A stretch of 42,742 nucleotides of DNA. Origin: an uncultured Clostridia bacterium (lineage in GTDB: Bacteria; Bacillota; Clostridia; TANB77; CAG-508). The DNA lies in NCBI GenBank assembly GCA_934167685.1, contig CAKPLQ010000004.1, forward strand, positions 1-42,742, given 5' to 3'. The position numbers and the translations under genes were made by a program. Position 1 is the stretch's first letter. The number at the start of each line of letters is the position of its first letter. This document shows, piece by piece, positions 23,947-34,546 of this stretch. The notes under the pieces were generated by a model that saw only the letters and a program-made list of their open reading frames with translations, was not told where the DNA came from and did not search any database.

Positions 23947-25020
23947 ATGAGTACCGTTAAAGAAGACCCGATAGCAAAAATATTAAGAAAAATTGCCCCG
24001 GGAACGCCGATAAGAGAAGGACTTGAAAATATATTAAAAGCCAAAACAGGAGCATTGCTACTTATAACAGATAAGCCAGAAGTTATCGAAGAAGTGGTTG
24101 ATGGAGGATTTTTTATAAATGAAGATTATACTTCGTCAAAATTATATGAATTAGCCAAGATGGACGGTGCAATAGTTTTGAGTGGAGATATGAAAAAAAT
24201 TCTATTTGCAAATGCACAATTAATTCCATCATATCAAATTCCTACAGTTGAAACAGGAACAAGGCACAGAACAGCTGAAAGAACAGCAAAACAGACAGGA
24301 GAATTGGTAATAAGCATATCTCAAAGAAGAAATATAATAACAGTGTTTAAAGAAAATTATAGATATATTCTAGAAGATACGGAAGCAGTGTTAAATAAAG
24401 CCAATCAAGCTATTCAAACATTAGAAAAATATAGAAAAGTTTATGATAGTAAATTAAGCATTTTAAATGAATATGAATTTAATGATATAGTAACTTTAGA
24501 TAATGTATTAACAGTTATACAAAGAGCAGAAATGGTAATGAAGATAGTGGAAGAAATCCAAAAACAAATTTACGAACTTGGTAATGATGGCCGATTAGTA
24601 AATATGCAATTAGAAGAATTAATTGGAGGACTTGCTAAAGAAGAACTTCAAGTCATAAAAGATTATCAAGTAAATGAGATAGAGGCAGAAGAGATATTAG
24701 AACAGTTATCTAAACTAAGCCATGAGGATTTAAGAAAAGAACCAATAATCGCTAAAACATTAGGATATGAAAGTTTTGAGAATTTTGAAGAACTAGCAGT
24801 ATATCCTAAAGGGTATAGAATCTTAAGTAAAGTACCTAGAATGCCAAATACTATAGTAGAGAATTTGGTAAAGTCATTTAAATCATTCCAACATATTTTA
24901 GTTGCCGAAATAAGTGACTTAGATAATGTTGATGGAATTGGAGAAGTAAGGGCAAAAACAATAAAACAAACTTTGAAAAAGATGCAAGAACAATTTGCAT
25001 TTGATAATATATTAATTTAA
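23947..25020 (+). CDS. disA: DNA integrity scanning protein DisA (diadenylate cyclase)
   Basis: Follows radA as in other Firmicutes. N-terminal DAC-type domain (GALLLITD...DGAIVL...RHRTAER) and a C-terminal HhH (VDGIGEVRAK). Confidence 0.88.
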   Translation: MSTVKEDPIAKILRKIAPGTPIREGLENILKAKTGALLLITDKPEVIEEVVDGGFFINEDYTSSKLYELAKMDGAIVLSGDMKKILFANAQLIPSYQIPTVETGTRHRTAERTAKQTGELVISISQRRNIITVFKENYRYILEDTEAVLNKANQAIQTLEKYRKVYDSKLSILNEYEFNDIVTLDNVLTVIQRAEMVMKIVEEIQKQIYELGNDGRLVNMQLEELIGGLAKEELQVIKDYQVNEIEAEEILEQLSKLSHEDLRKEPIIAKTLGYESFENFEELAVYPKGYRILSKVPRMPNTIVENLVKSFKSFQHILVAEISDLDNVDGIGEVRAKTIKQTLKKMQEQFAFDNILI

Positions 25021-25049
25021 AATCTGATACAAAGAAAGGAAGAAAGAAA

Positions 25050-25874
25050 ATGAAGAAAGCATCAAATATAATAACAATAATAGCATTAATTTTAATTGTA
25101 GCATTAATAGGAGGAGTATCTTACGGATACTATAAAAAAGCAACAATGGAAGTTAAAAATCCAATAGTAACAATGGAAGTGCAGGATTTTGGAACAATAA
25201 AACTTGAATTATATCCAGAAATGGCACCACAAACAGTAGCAAATTTTGTGGCACTTGCTCAACATGGATTTTATGATGGACTTAAATTTCATAGAATAGT
25301 AGAAGGATTTATGATTCAAGGTGGAGATTCAAATGGGGATGGAACAGGAGCTCCAAAGTTAAGCGATTTAGGGATAGATGTAAAAGATGGTGAAGATAGA
25401 GATTATTGTATAAAAGGAGAATTTTTATCAAATGGATATAATAAAAATACTCTAAAACATAAAGAAGGTGTAATTTCTATGGCCAGAGCAGATTATACAC
25501 AACAATATTCGAAAGCATTAACAACAGAAAGTTATAATTCAGCTGGTTCTCAATTTTTTATAATGACAGCAGATAATTCTTCATTAGATGGAAATTATGC
25601 ACCATTTGGAAAAGTAATTGAAGGAATGGATATAGTTCATAATATTGAAAAAGTTGAAGTAAAAGAAGCAGATTCAAGTAGTTCTAGTGAAGATTCTTCA
25701 TCAGAAAGTGAATCAAAAGAGAAAAGTACACCTGTTAATGATGTAATAATTTCAAAAGTTTCAGTTGAAACATATGGAGTTGATTATGGAAAACCAGATA
25801 CATTAGAAACTTGGAATTATTATGATTGGGTTTATAAAACATATGGAATTAATTTAAAACAATATCAACAATAA
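25050..25874 (+). CDS. Cyclophilin-type peptidyl-prolyl isomerase, membrane-anchored, with a Ser/Glu-rich insert
   Basis: FHRIVEGFMIQGGD and SMARA...GSQFFI motifs; N-terminal TM helix. Confidence 0.85.
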   Translation: MKKASNIITIIALILIVALIGGVSYGYYKKATMEVKNPIVTMEVQDFGTIKLELYPEMAPQTVANFVALAQHGFYDGLKFHRIVEGFMIQGGDSNGDGTGAPKLSDLGIDVKDGEDRDYCIKGEFLSNGYNKNTLKHKEGVISMARADYTQQYSKALTTESYNSAGSQFFIMTADNSSLDGNYAPFGKVIEGMDIVHNIEKVEVKEADSSSSSEDSSSESESKEKSTPVNDVIISKVSVETYGVDYGKPDTLETWNYYDWVYKTYGINLKQYQQ

Positions 25875-25878
25875 ACAG

Positions 25879-25921
25879 AAAAGTTGTCAATGAGAAAAAA
25901 TTTTCTTCTTGGCAACTTTTT
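25879..25921 (+). terminator. Rho-independent terminator
   Basis: aaagttgtcaa...ttggcaacttt stem followed by Ts. Confidence 0.7.
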
Positions 25922-26029
25922 AGTATGTAATTGCATTATTATGTAAAATATGGTATACTATAAATGATTAGGCCAAGGGCCTTATATATACGTAACTTAA
26001 AAAAATTTTTTGACACAGGAGGAATTATT

Positions 26030-26644
26030 ATGACAACAACAGAGATTAAAAAAATTAAAATCGAGGATGCTGGTTTTTCAAATAAAGCCTATAATGCTTT
26101 AGCTCGGATGGGATTAAAAAATCTCGGAGATGTTTGTGAAAAGACAGAAGAAGATTTAGCGCAAAAAAGAAGCTTAGGGACTAAAACTCTTAACATAATA
26201 AAAGAGGTTTTGGCAAGTTATGGCCTAAAGTTAAAAGACCATGCGGAAAATCATATATCTAATCTTAAATTAGATAAAAGAGTCTATAGAATGCTTATAG
26301 TTGCAGGGATAGACACAATTCCTAAGCTTGCAGGTACAACCCAATACAAATTTGAGGATATTGGTTTTGGTGCAGCTGCTATCAAGACAATAAAACAGAA
26401 ACTCAAAGAAAAAGGAGTTGACTGCGAGAAATATAAGAAACAGATAACAATAGACTCGGGATTGGATGAACTGGATGTATCTGCACGGACATACCATGCC
26501 CTAAGAAATTACAGAATAATTACAGTTCGAGACATTGTAAGACTTTCAAAGTCAGAACTGATGAGAATTCGAAACTTTGGAGAAAAGTCTGCAAATGAGC
26601 TGGATGCTGAACTGCGAAAGCATGGCTTACAGCTGAAAGAATAA
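26030..26644 (+). CDS. Protein of three tandem RNA polymerase alpha-subunit C-terminal-domain-like (HhH) repeats
   Basis: Three units of the type LDELDVSARTYHALRNYRIITVRDIVRLSKSELMRIRNFGEKSANELDAELRKHGL. The AGGAGG RBS precedes the ATG at 26030. TTGCAT-17-TATACT promoter upstream. Confidence 0.7.
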   Translation: MTTTEIKKIKIEDAGFSNKAYNALARMGLKNLGDVCEKTEEDLAQKRSLGTKTLNIIKEVLASYGLKLKDHAENHISNLKLDKRVYRMLIVAGIDTIPKLAGTTQYKFEDIGFGAAAIKTIKQKLKEKGVDCEKYKKQITIDSGLDELDVSARTYHALRNYRIITVRDIVRLSKSELMRIRNFGEKSANELDAELRKHGLQLKE

Positions 26645-26663
26645 TAGAGTTTTAAGTTACAAA

Positions 26664-26695
26664 AAGAGGTGACCTATGTTGATGGGTCACCTTTT
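26664..26695 (+). terminator. Rho-independent terminator
   Basis: aaagaggtgacc-N10-ggtcacctttt. Confidence 0.75.
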
Positions 26696-26744
26696 AAACA
26701 TGTAATGGAAATTTGCAATAAAAAAAGTGGCCGAATTCCACTTT

Positions 26745-27011
26745 TTACGCAATAGCTGCATTTAATTTCTTAGATAGACTAGATTTTTTTCTAGCAGCTG
26801 TATTTTTTACGATTACACCTTTTGTGCAAGCTTGATCAATTTTCTTTGTAGCTTCTGCAAATAAAACTTTTGCTTCTTCTACTTTTCCGGCTGCAATAGC
26901 TTCTTCAAATTTCTTAACAGCTGATTTATATCCAGTTTTTATCATATTATTTCTTAATGTTTTTTTCTCAATAATTTTAACTCTCTTTTTTGCTGATTTA
27001 ATATTTGGCAT
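26745..27011 (-). CDS. rpsT: 30S ribosomal protein S20
   Basis: MPNIKSAKKRVKIIEKKTLRN... is a canonical S20 N-terminus. Terminator hairpin aaaagtgg-N7-ccactttt at 26723-26745. Confidence 0.93.
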   Translation of the reverse strand: MPNIKSAKKRVKIIEKKTLRNNMIKTGYKSAVKKFEEAIAAGKVEEAKVLFAEATKKIDQACTKGVIVKNTAARKKSSLSKKLNAAIA

Positions 27012-27186
27012 GTTTGATGCACCTCCTCTTGGTAAAAATAATCTATAACGTGTAACATTATATCATACAAGTTTTGATTTGACAAGAGATAAAGCGAAAA
27101 TTTCGCAAAAATATTGCACTAGCTTGAATAATATGGTATAGTATTAAATGTAGAAAAAGAATAAAAACACAAGAAAGGTGAGTGAT

Positions 27187-27636
27187 ATGATGATAGCAAT
27201 AGGAAGTGACCATGGAGGGTACAAATTAAAAGAAGAAATAAAAAAGTATTTAGAAGAAAAAGAGATTGAATACACTGATTGTGGCACATTTAATGAAGAA
27301 AGTGCAGACTATCCGGAGATAGCAAAAACAGTAGCTTTACAAATACAAGATAAACAATGTGATAAAGGAATATTAATATGCCGTTCAGGAATTGGAATGA
27401 GTATAGTAGCAAATAAATTTAAAGGAATAAGATGTGCAAAATGCAATGACGAAGAAGAAGCAAAATTTTCAAGAATGCATAATGATTCAAATATATTAGC
27501 ATTAGGGGCTGACTACACAGATACAAGTAAAGCAATAAGAATTGTAAGAATGTGGATCGCAACAGAATTCGAAGGTGGAAGACATCAAGAAAGAATAAAA
27601 ATAATTGAAGAAATAGAAAATGAAAATATGAAATAA
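27187..27636 (+). CDS. rpiB: Ribose-5-phosphate isomerase B (RpiB/LacAB family)
   Basis: MIAIGSDHGG...ILICRSGIGMSIVANK motifs. I prefer the ATG at 27187 after AAAGGTGAG to the GTG at 27178. Confidence 0.88.
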   Translation: MMIAIGSDHGGYKLKEEIKKYLEEKEIEYTDCGTFNEESADYPEIAKTVALQIQDKQCDKGILICRSGIGMSIVANKFKGIRCAKCNDEEEAKFSRMHNDSNILALGADYTDTSKAIRIVRMWIATEFEGGRHQERIKIIEEIENENMK

Positions 27637-27652
27637 TGGAGGCCAAATTTAA

Positions 27653-28753
27653 ATGTGGGGGAATATAGCAATAGCATTTTTATTAGCATTTATAGTATCA
27701 TTTATGGCTACGCCATATACTATAAAAATTGCTACCAAAATTGGTGCAGTTGATGTGCCAAAAGACAAAAGAAGAATGCATACTAAAAAGATGCCTAAAT
27801 TTGGAGGACCAGCAGTAATAATAGGTTTTTTAGTATCAATGGCTTATTTATTGATAGTGATGAGTATTGAAGGAAGTATTGATTTATTTACAGAGCAAGA
27901 ATATGGAAAAAAACTTTTAGGTTTATTATTAGGAATAGTAGCAATTGCAATTACAGGGGTTTTAGATGATACAAAAACATTAACTTGGTGGCAACAATTA
28001 ATAGGACAAGTTGTTGCAGCAGTGATAGTAGTTGCATTTGGGATAAGAATAGAACATTTGGATATTCCATTTTTATATAGAGTGGGATTAAACGAAGTAT
28101 TTTCCACAATTGTTACTATTGTGTGGATTGTAGGAGTTATAAATTCAATAAATTTAATTGATGGACTAGATGGATTATCATCAGGAATATCATTAATATC
28201 GTGTATATCACTATTAATTATATTTTTAATGAATGATTCACCGATGATTGCAACTATAATAGTTACAGCAATGAGTGGAGCACTAGTAGGTTTTTTACCA
28301 TTTAATTTTTCACCAGCAAAAACATTTATTGGTGATACAGGTTCAAACTTTTTAGGATTTATGCTAGCAGTAGTATCAATACTAGGAGTTGCAAAAACAT
28401 ATACAGCGGCAGTAATTGTTTTACCAGTAATAGTGTTGGGATTACCTATATTTGATGTTTTATTTGCAATAATAAGAAGAATAGCTAAAGGAAAATCTAT
28501 AAAAGCCGTATTTAAGCCAGATAAAGGACATTTGCACCACAAACTAGTTGCAAAAGGATTTACGCAAAAACAGGCAGTATTAATATTATACGGTTTAAGT
28601 GCATCGCTTGGAATGTTTGCAATAATATTATTTGATAGTGGAATTTGGAAAGCATTATCATTTTTACTAATGATTATTGCAGCAGTTGCAATAGGATATA
28701 GAAATTTTATAAAAGAAAAAGAAAAAAAGCCAAAACTAATTGATAATAAATAG
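27653..28753 (+). CDS. Glycosyltransferase family 4 (MraY/WecA/TagO-like undecaprenyl-phosphate sugar-1-phosphate transferase)
   Basis: Polytopic membrane protein with NLIDGLDGL and GDTGSNFLGF motifs. Confidence 0.85.
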   Translation: MWGNIAIAFLLAFIVSFMATPYTIKIATKIGAVDVPKDKRRMHTKKMPKFGGPAVIIGFLVSMAYLLIVMSIEGSIDLFTEQEYGKKLLGLLLGIVAIAITGVLDDTKTLTWWQQLIGQVVAAVIVVAFGIRIEHLDIPFLYRVGLNEVFSTIVTIVWIVGVINSINLIDGLDGLSSGISLISCISLLIIFLMNDSPMIATIIVTAMSGALVGFLPFNFSPAKTFIGDTGSNFLGFMLAVVSILGVAKTYTAAVIVLPVIVLGLPIFDVLFAIIRRIAKGKSIKAVFKPDKGHLHHKLVAKGFTQKQAVLILYGLSASLGMFAIILFDSGIWKALSFLLMIIAAVAIGYRNFIKEKEKKPKLIDNK

Positions 28754-28765
28754 AAGGGAGAAGCG

Positions 28766-29650
28766 ATGAAAGACCAAATAATAAAATTTTTAGCTTATGA
28801 TGAAAAAATCTCAATTACATGCATATCTACAACAAATTTAGTAGAAGAAGCTAGAAGAATTCATGACCTAAGTCCATTAGCAACAGCGGTAATGGGAAGA
28901 ATATTAACGATAACTGCACTCATTGGAGCCGATATGAAAAACGAAACAGATAAATTAACAATACAAATAAAAGGAAATGGACCAGTAGGAAAAATAGTTG
29001 CAGTAGCTGATAATACACCAAAAGTAAAAGCATGTATAACAGAGCCACATGTTGAATTACCATTAAATGAATTTGGTAAATTAGATGTAGGTGGAGCAGT
29101 TGGAAACGAAGGATTTATAAATGTAATAAAAGATATTGGATTAAAAGAACCATATATAGGAATAAGTCCATTAATGTCAGGTGAAATTGCAGAAGATTTT
29201 GCAAATTATTTTCAAACATCAGAACAAAAGCAAACAGCGGTTGCATTAGGAGTATTAGTGGATAAAAATGGAGTACGTTCAAGTGGAGGTTATATAATAA
29301 GTCCAATGCCAGATGCAACAGATGAGGAAATATCAAAAGTAGAAAAGGCAATATTTGAAGCAGGTGCAATATCAAGAATGCTAGATAATAATTTGACACT
29401 TGAGGAAATTGCCAAAAAAGTTACTGGGGACAAAAAAGCAAAAGTAATAGATGCCTCAAAAGAGCCTAAATACGAATGTGAATGTAATAAGCAAAGATTT
29501 GCAGATGGATTAATGACACTTGGCAAAGAACAATTGACTGAATTAATTGAAGAAGATGAAAATGCAGAAATTAAATGTCAATTTTGTAATAAGGTTTATA
29601 ATTTTAATAAAGAAGAATTAGAAGAAATATTAGAAAAGGTAGGTAAATAA
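28766..29650 (+). CDS. hslO: Hsp33 redox-regulated chaperone
   Basis: Hsp33 fold-length protein with a C-terminal zinc centre CECNKQ...CQFCNKVY. Confidence 0.88.
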   Translation: MKDQIIKFLAYDEKISITCISTTNLVEEARRIHDLSPLATAVMGRILTITALIGADMKNETDKLTIQIKGNGPVGKIVAVADNTPKVKACITEPHVELPLNEFGKLDVGGAVGNEGFINVIKDIGLKEPYIGISPLMSGEIAEDFANYFQTSEQKQTAVALGVLVDKNGVRSSGGYIISPMPDATDEEISKVEKAIFEAGAISRMLDNNLTLEEIAKKVTGDKKAKVIDASKEPKYECECNKQRFADGLMTLGKEQLTELIEEDENAEIKCQFCNKVYNFNKEELEEILEKVGK

Positions 29651-29651
29651 T

Positions 29652-30569
29652 ATGGAAGAAGTAATAGTATTTGGACACAAAAGTCCTGACACAGACACAA
29701 TCTGTTCAGCAATAGTAATGGCAGATTTACAAACAAAATTAAAAGGAGAAAAAGTTATTCCTTGTAGATTAGGGGAAATAAATGAAGAAACTAAATTTGC
29801 ATTAAAAAAATTTAAAGCTGAAGAACCTAAATTAATCGAAAAGGTAGAACAAGGACAAAGAGTAATCTTAGTAGACCACAACGAATTTTCTCAATCAGTA
29901 GAGGGAATAGAAAATGCCAAAATAGAATCAGTAGTTGACCATCATAGAATAAACAATTTTGAAACAGCAGAACCACTATTTTATTATGCTCAACCAGTTG
30001 GATGCACATCAACAATATTATTTGAATTATATAAATCAAATAATATTGAAATAACAGCTCAAATGGCAGGGTTAATGTTAAGTGCAATAATATCTGATAC
30101 ATTATTATTAAAATCTCCAACAACAACAGAAAAAGATAAAAAAGCTTTAGAAGAACTTGCTAAAATAGCTGATGTAGATGTAAATATCTATGGCTTAGAT
30201 ATGTTAAAAGCAGGAACAAATCTAGATAAATACACAGAAGACGAATTAATTCGTTTAGACGCTAAAAAAATAGAAAAAGAAGATATTAAATATGTTATTG
30301 CTCAAGTAAATACAGTAAGCATTCCAGATGTATTAAAAAGAAAAGCAAAAATTGAACAAGAAATAAACAAAGAAATTTTAGCAAAAGGTTTAAGTTTATT
30401 TGTATTTGTAATTACAGACATTGTAAATAGCAATTCAGAAGCTATTGTTTTAGGAGATAGAGTAGATGCAATATCAAAAACTTATGAAGTAAATGATAAT
30501 ATTGCAGTTATGCCAGGAGTTGTTTCTAGAAAGAAACAAATACTTCCATTAGTAGAGAAAAATATATAG
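29652..30569 (+). CDS. ppaC: Manganese-dependent inorganic pyrophosphatase (family II, DHH)
   Basis: FGHKSPDTDTICSAI, VDHNE and DHHRI motifs. Confidence 0.9.
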   Translation: MEEVIVFGHKSPDTDTICSAIVMADLQTKLKGEKVIPCRLGEINEETKFALKKFKAEEPKLIEKVEQGQRVILVDHNEFSQSVEGIENAKIESVVDHHRINNFETAEPLFYYAQPVGCTSTILFELYKSNNIEITAQMAGLMLSAIISDTLLLKSPTTTEKDKKALEELAKIADVDVNIYGLDMLKAGTNLDKYTEDELIRLDAKKIEKEDIKYVIAQVNTVSIPDVLKRKAKIEQEINKEILAKGLSLFVFVITDIVNSNSEAIVLGDRVDAISKTYEVNDNIAVMPGVVSRKKQILPLVEKNI

Positions 30570-30582
30570 TGAACGTATTGTG

Positions 30583-30611
30583 AAAAAAAGTCAAAAATCT
30601 TGACTTTTTTT
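30583..30611 (+). terminator. Rho-independent terminator
   Basis: aaaaaaagtcaa-aaatc-ttgacttttttt. Confidence 0.8.
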
Positions 30612-30663
30612 CTATTTAAGTATATACTCTTACTCGAAAGAATAAAATGATAAAGAGGTAAAA

Positions 30664-32067
30664 ATGAAAGTTAAAGAATTAGCAATAATTATACTAATGA
30701 CAATAATGCTAATGCTATTAAACACAAAAGTAGAAGCAACAACAGGAAAGATAAATTCTGAAACAGTAAGATTAAGAAAAGAACCAAATACAAGTTCAAC
30801 AATAATAGAACAATTAGACAAAGACACAGAAGTAGAAATTATTGAAGAAGAAGATAATTGGTATAAAATTAAAGCAAAAGTAAATGGTGAAAGTGTAACA
30901 GGATATGTAAGTAAAAAACTAGTTGATGCAAAAGAAGAAAATACAGCAACAACGAATGAAGTTACAAAAGCACCAATAGAAACTGAAACCAAAGTAGACA
31001 AAGCAAATCCAGAAATATCACTTTATGATAATATTGCAGAACCTTCAACAGTAACTGTAAATACTACAAATGAAATACAAGAAAATGAACAATATAAAAT
31101 AGAACAAGAAACAGAAATAAAAGTAGTACCACTTATAAATGCGAAGACTAAATCAAAAATTGTTGGAAATGTAAAAGTAATAGAAATAATTAATGATTGG
31201 TGTAAAATAGAAAATGACTTGACAGATGGTTGGGTAAGAAAAAGTATATTAAAATCAACAGAGACACAAGAAACACAACAAGAAGAACAACAACCTGTAG
31301 TAGAAAATTCAACAGTAGAGACAAATCAAGAACAGGAAAAAGAGCCAGAAGTTACAGATAAAAAAGAAGAAACAACAACAGTAAAAAGTATAAGTAAGAC
31401 TGGATATGTGTCAGCAGACGGTTTGATAGTAAGAAAAGAAGCATCTACATCAAGTGATGAAATAGATAGTTTAGCCAAAAATGATAAAGTAGAAATAATA
31501 GGTCAAGTAGACGGATGGTATCAAATTAAGCTAAATGGGAAGACAGGATATGTATCAGCAAAATACATTTCAGACACAAAAGTAACTGAAACAACATCAA
31601 GAAGCGGAAGCACAATAAAGGAAGAAAAAGTTACACCAATGGAGGTAGAAGAAAAGACAGAGGAAACAACAAGTTCAACTACTTCAAATTCAAATAAAGG
31701 TACATCAGTAGTTGAATATGCCAAAAGTTATCTAGGATGTAAATATGTATCTGGTGGGTCATCACCATCAACAGGATTTGACTGTTCAGGATTTACATCA
31801 TATGTATATAAAAACTTTGGAGTATCACTAAGTAGGGCATCTAAAGGTCAAATAAATGATGGAGTTGCAGTATCTAGAAGTGATTTACAACCAGGGGACA
31901 TAGTAGTATTCAATAATTCAGGAAATACATCAATAGGGCATGTTGGAATATATATCGGGGGAGATAATTTTATACATGCTGCAAATCCAAGTCAAGGAGT
32001 AACAATAACATCATTATCATCAAGCTATTATAGCAAAAGATATGTAGGAGCAAGGAGAGTAAATTAA
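30664..32067 (+). CDS. Secreted SH3-domain / NlpC-P60 (C40) cell-wall hydrolase
   Basis: Signal-like N-terminus, repeated SH3b-like GYVS...W units, C-terminal FDCSGFTSYVY...GHVGIY catalytic Cys/His. Confidence 0.88.
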   Translation: MKVKELAIIILMTIMLMLLNTKVEATTGKINSETVRLRKEPNTSSTIIEQLDKDTEVEIIEEEDNWYKIKAKVNGESVTGYVSKKLVDAKEENTATTNEVTKAPIETETKVDKANPEISLYDNIAEPSTVTVNTTNEIQENEQYKIEQETEIKVVPLINAKTKSKIVGNVKVIEIINDWCKIENDLTDGWVRKSILKSTETQETQQEEQQPVVENSTVETNQEQEKEPEVTDKKEETTTVKSISKTGYVSADGLIVRKEASTSSDEIDSLAKNDKVEIIGQVDGWYQIKLNGKTGYVSAKYISDTKVTETTSRSGSTIKEEKVTPMEVEEKTEETTSSTTSNSNKGTSVVEYAKSYLGCKYVSGGSSPSTGFDCSGFTSYVYKNFGVSLSRASKGQINDGVAVSRSDLQPGDIVVFNNSGNTSIGHVGIYIGGDNFIHAANPSQGVTITSLSSSYYSKRYVGARRVN

Positions 32068-34535
32068 TTGAATAGACCAATTTTAATTGTAGTAATTGGT
32101 TATATTATAGGTATAATATGGGGGATATACTTTAAAGTGAGTATACTCCCATTTTATTTTTTTCTATTTTTAATCTATATTATAATCAGATTACCATATA
32201 AAAAAAGAAAATTTAATATTCTTTCAATCAAGAGATATTTTAGATATATCAAGTTGATTTTTAAAATCAATATTATTATAACAATTATTATTTCATCTTT
32301 TATATCAAATATAATAATCAAAATTCTAGAGAATAAATATGAAAATTTATATCATGAAGGAGAAGAATTAAATATTAGTGCAATTGTAATAGGAAATAAA
32401 CAAGAAAAGGACTATTACGATAGATATAAAGTAAAGGCTACTGATGGAAAGTATAAGAATACACAATTATATATTAATATATCCAAAAAGAAACAACTAG
32501 AATATGGAGACAAAATAACCTTTAAAGGAGAATACAAAGAACCATCTAAAACTAGAAACTATAAAGGATTTAATTACAAACAATATTTAAAAACATTGAA
32601 AATATATGGAACAGTAAAAACTAAAAAAATTGAAATATTAGAAAAGAACAAAGCAAATCCAATAATGCAGATTTCAAACAAGACTTTTTTTAAAATCAAA
32701 AATAATATTGAAAAAACATATAGTAATAAGATGGCGAAAATAATTTTAGGAATAATGCTAGGAGATACAACAGAGATTGATGAGCAAACTAAAGAAGATT
32801 TTGCAAATAGCAATATTTCACATGTTTTGGCTGTATCAGGGCTACACATATCATATATTATATTGCTAGCTACAAAGTCAACAAAAAACATATTTGGAAA
32901 AAAGCAAAGTAAAATTATTGCAGGTATAATTTTAGCAATATATATGGCTATTACTGGATTTAGTATATCTATTGTAAGAGCAAGTATTATGGGGATTTTA
33001 ACCTGTATGGCATTTGTAGTATATAGAAAGAGTGATACATTAAATAATATTGCAATATCAACACTAATAATATTAATAAGTAATCCATATAATCTAATAA
33101 GTATAAGTTTTTTATTAACTTATGGCGGGACATTAGGGATAATATATTTTCAGCCAGTTGTAGAAAAAATAATTAAAAGCTTTAAAATAAGAAATAGAAG
33201 ATGGAAATATGCTTATTTAAGAATTCAAAGAAAATGTGAAAATATTATTTCAATAATATCTGTGTCAATTTCAGCACAGATTATCATTGCACCAATAATG
33301 GTACTATATTTTAATAGTGCCGGATTAGGTTTTTTAATAACGAATTTATTACTTAGTTTTGTAATAGGAATAATAGTAATTGGCGGTTTTATTCAAATTT
33401 TAATATCATTAATTTCAATAAAGGCGGGTATAGCACTTGCAAAAATAATAGAGATTCCACTATATGGAATAATAATAATTTCAAAAATCAATATTGCAAA
33501 TTTTAAAGTCATAACACCAGATATTTATCAGATTACTTTATATTATTTTACAGTTTGTATTTTAGCTTATTTGTATAAAATTTTTAATCAAAGGCATTGT
33601 AATATAACTCAAGAGAGAATCAAAAACACTTTGTATTTATTAAGGTATAAGTCAAGACCTCATTTTAAGAAAGTTAAAATTTTAATAATTATTTTAGTCA
33701 TTGTATTTTATTCAATTAACAAAATTCCAGATAATTTAAAAATTTATTTTATAGATGTAGGGCAAGGTGACAGTACATTGATAGTTACACCAAGCAACAA
33801 AAAAATTCTTATAGATGGAGGAGGAAGTAGTTCGTATGATGTTGGTAAAAATACATTATTACCATATTTGCTAGATAGAAAAATTAAAAAAATAGATTAT
33901 ATGATAATTAGTCATTTTGATAATGACCATGTTCGGACGGGTTGTTATATATTCTACAGGAAATTAAGGTAGAAAGAATAATTATAGGAAGACAATTTGA
34001 AACTTGTGAAAATTATGAGGAATTTCAAAGAATAGTAAAAACTAAAAAAATCAAAGTAACTATAGTGGAAACTGGAAATAAAATTGCAATTGAGAAGGGG
34101 TTGTATTTTTATGTATTATGGCCTTCGGAGACAGATATGATTTCTAATAATGCAATAAATAATAATTCATTAGTATGTAAGCTAATATATAATAATTTTT
34201 CTATGTTGTTTACAGGGGATATTGAAGAAATTGCAGAAAAGGCAATTCTATCAAAATATGTTAATAAAACAGAGTTGTTAAATGCTGATATTCTGAAGGT
34301 TGCTCATCATGGTTCTAAAACATCTTCTATAAAAGAATTTATAAATGTGGTTAACCCTAAATATGCCGTTATTGGAGTGGGTAAAGATAATAAGTTTGGA
34401 CATCCTTCTGAAAAAACTTTGGAAACCTTGAATGATAAAAATGTGAAGATTTATAGAACTGATATTTCTGGAGAAATAATGATTATAATTGATGGAGATA
34501 GTGTGAAGGTAAAAAGTTTTTTGAATACGAGTTGA
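32068..34535 (+). pseudogene. comEC: ComEC/Rec2 DNA-internalisation protein, split by a frameshift inside the metallo-beta-lactamase motif
   Basis: ORF 32068-33972 ends ...ISHFDNDHVRTGCYIFYRKLR*. ORF 33942-34535 continues in another frame as (D)GLLYILQEIKVERIIIG...VAHHGS. Confidence 0.75.
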
Positions 34536-34546
34536 GAGTTATGAAT

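Noticed and set aside
23947-25020. DisA (c-di-AMP synthase) might supply the nucleotide signal for the Csx3-like module.
   Set aside because: radA-disA is a conserved housekeeping pair about 9 kb away on the other strand, with unrelated genes and a tRNA in between. Nothing in the sequence links them, so I left it only as an assay ligand to test.
27844-28542. A 232-aa antisense ORF inside the GT4 transferase gene, and similar antisense ORFs in the track (e.g. 2569-2823, 8122-8505, 23181-23581, 29115-29526, 30630-31001, 37476-38069, 41535-41936).
   Set aside because: These are shadow ORFs opposite strongly supported genes. They have low-complexity or repetitive translations, no RBS and no family motifs.
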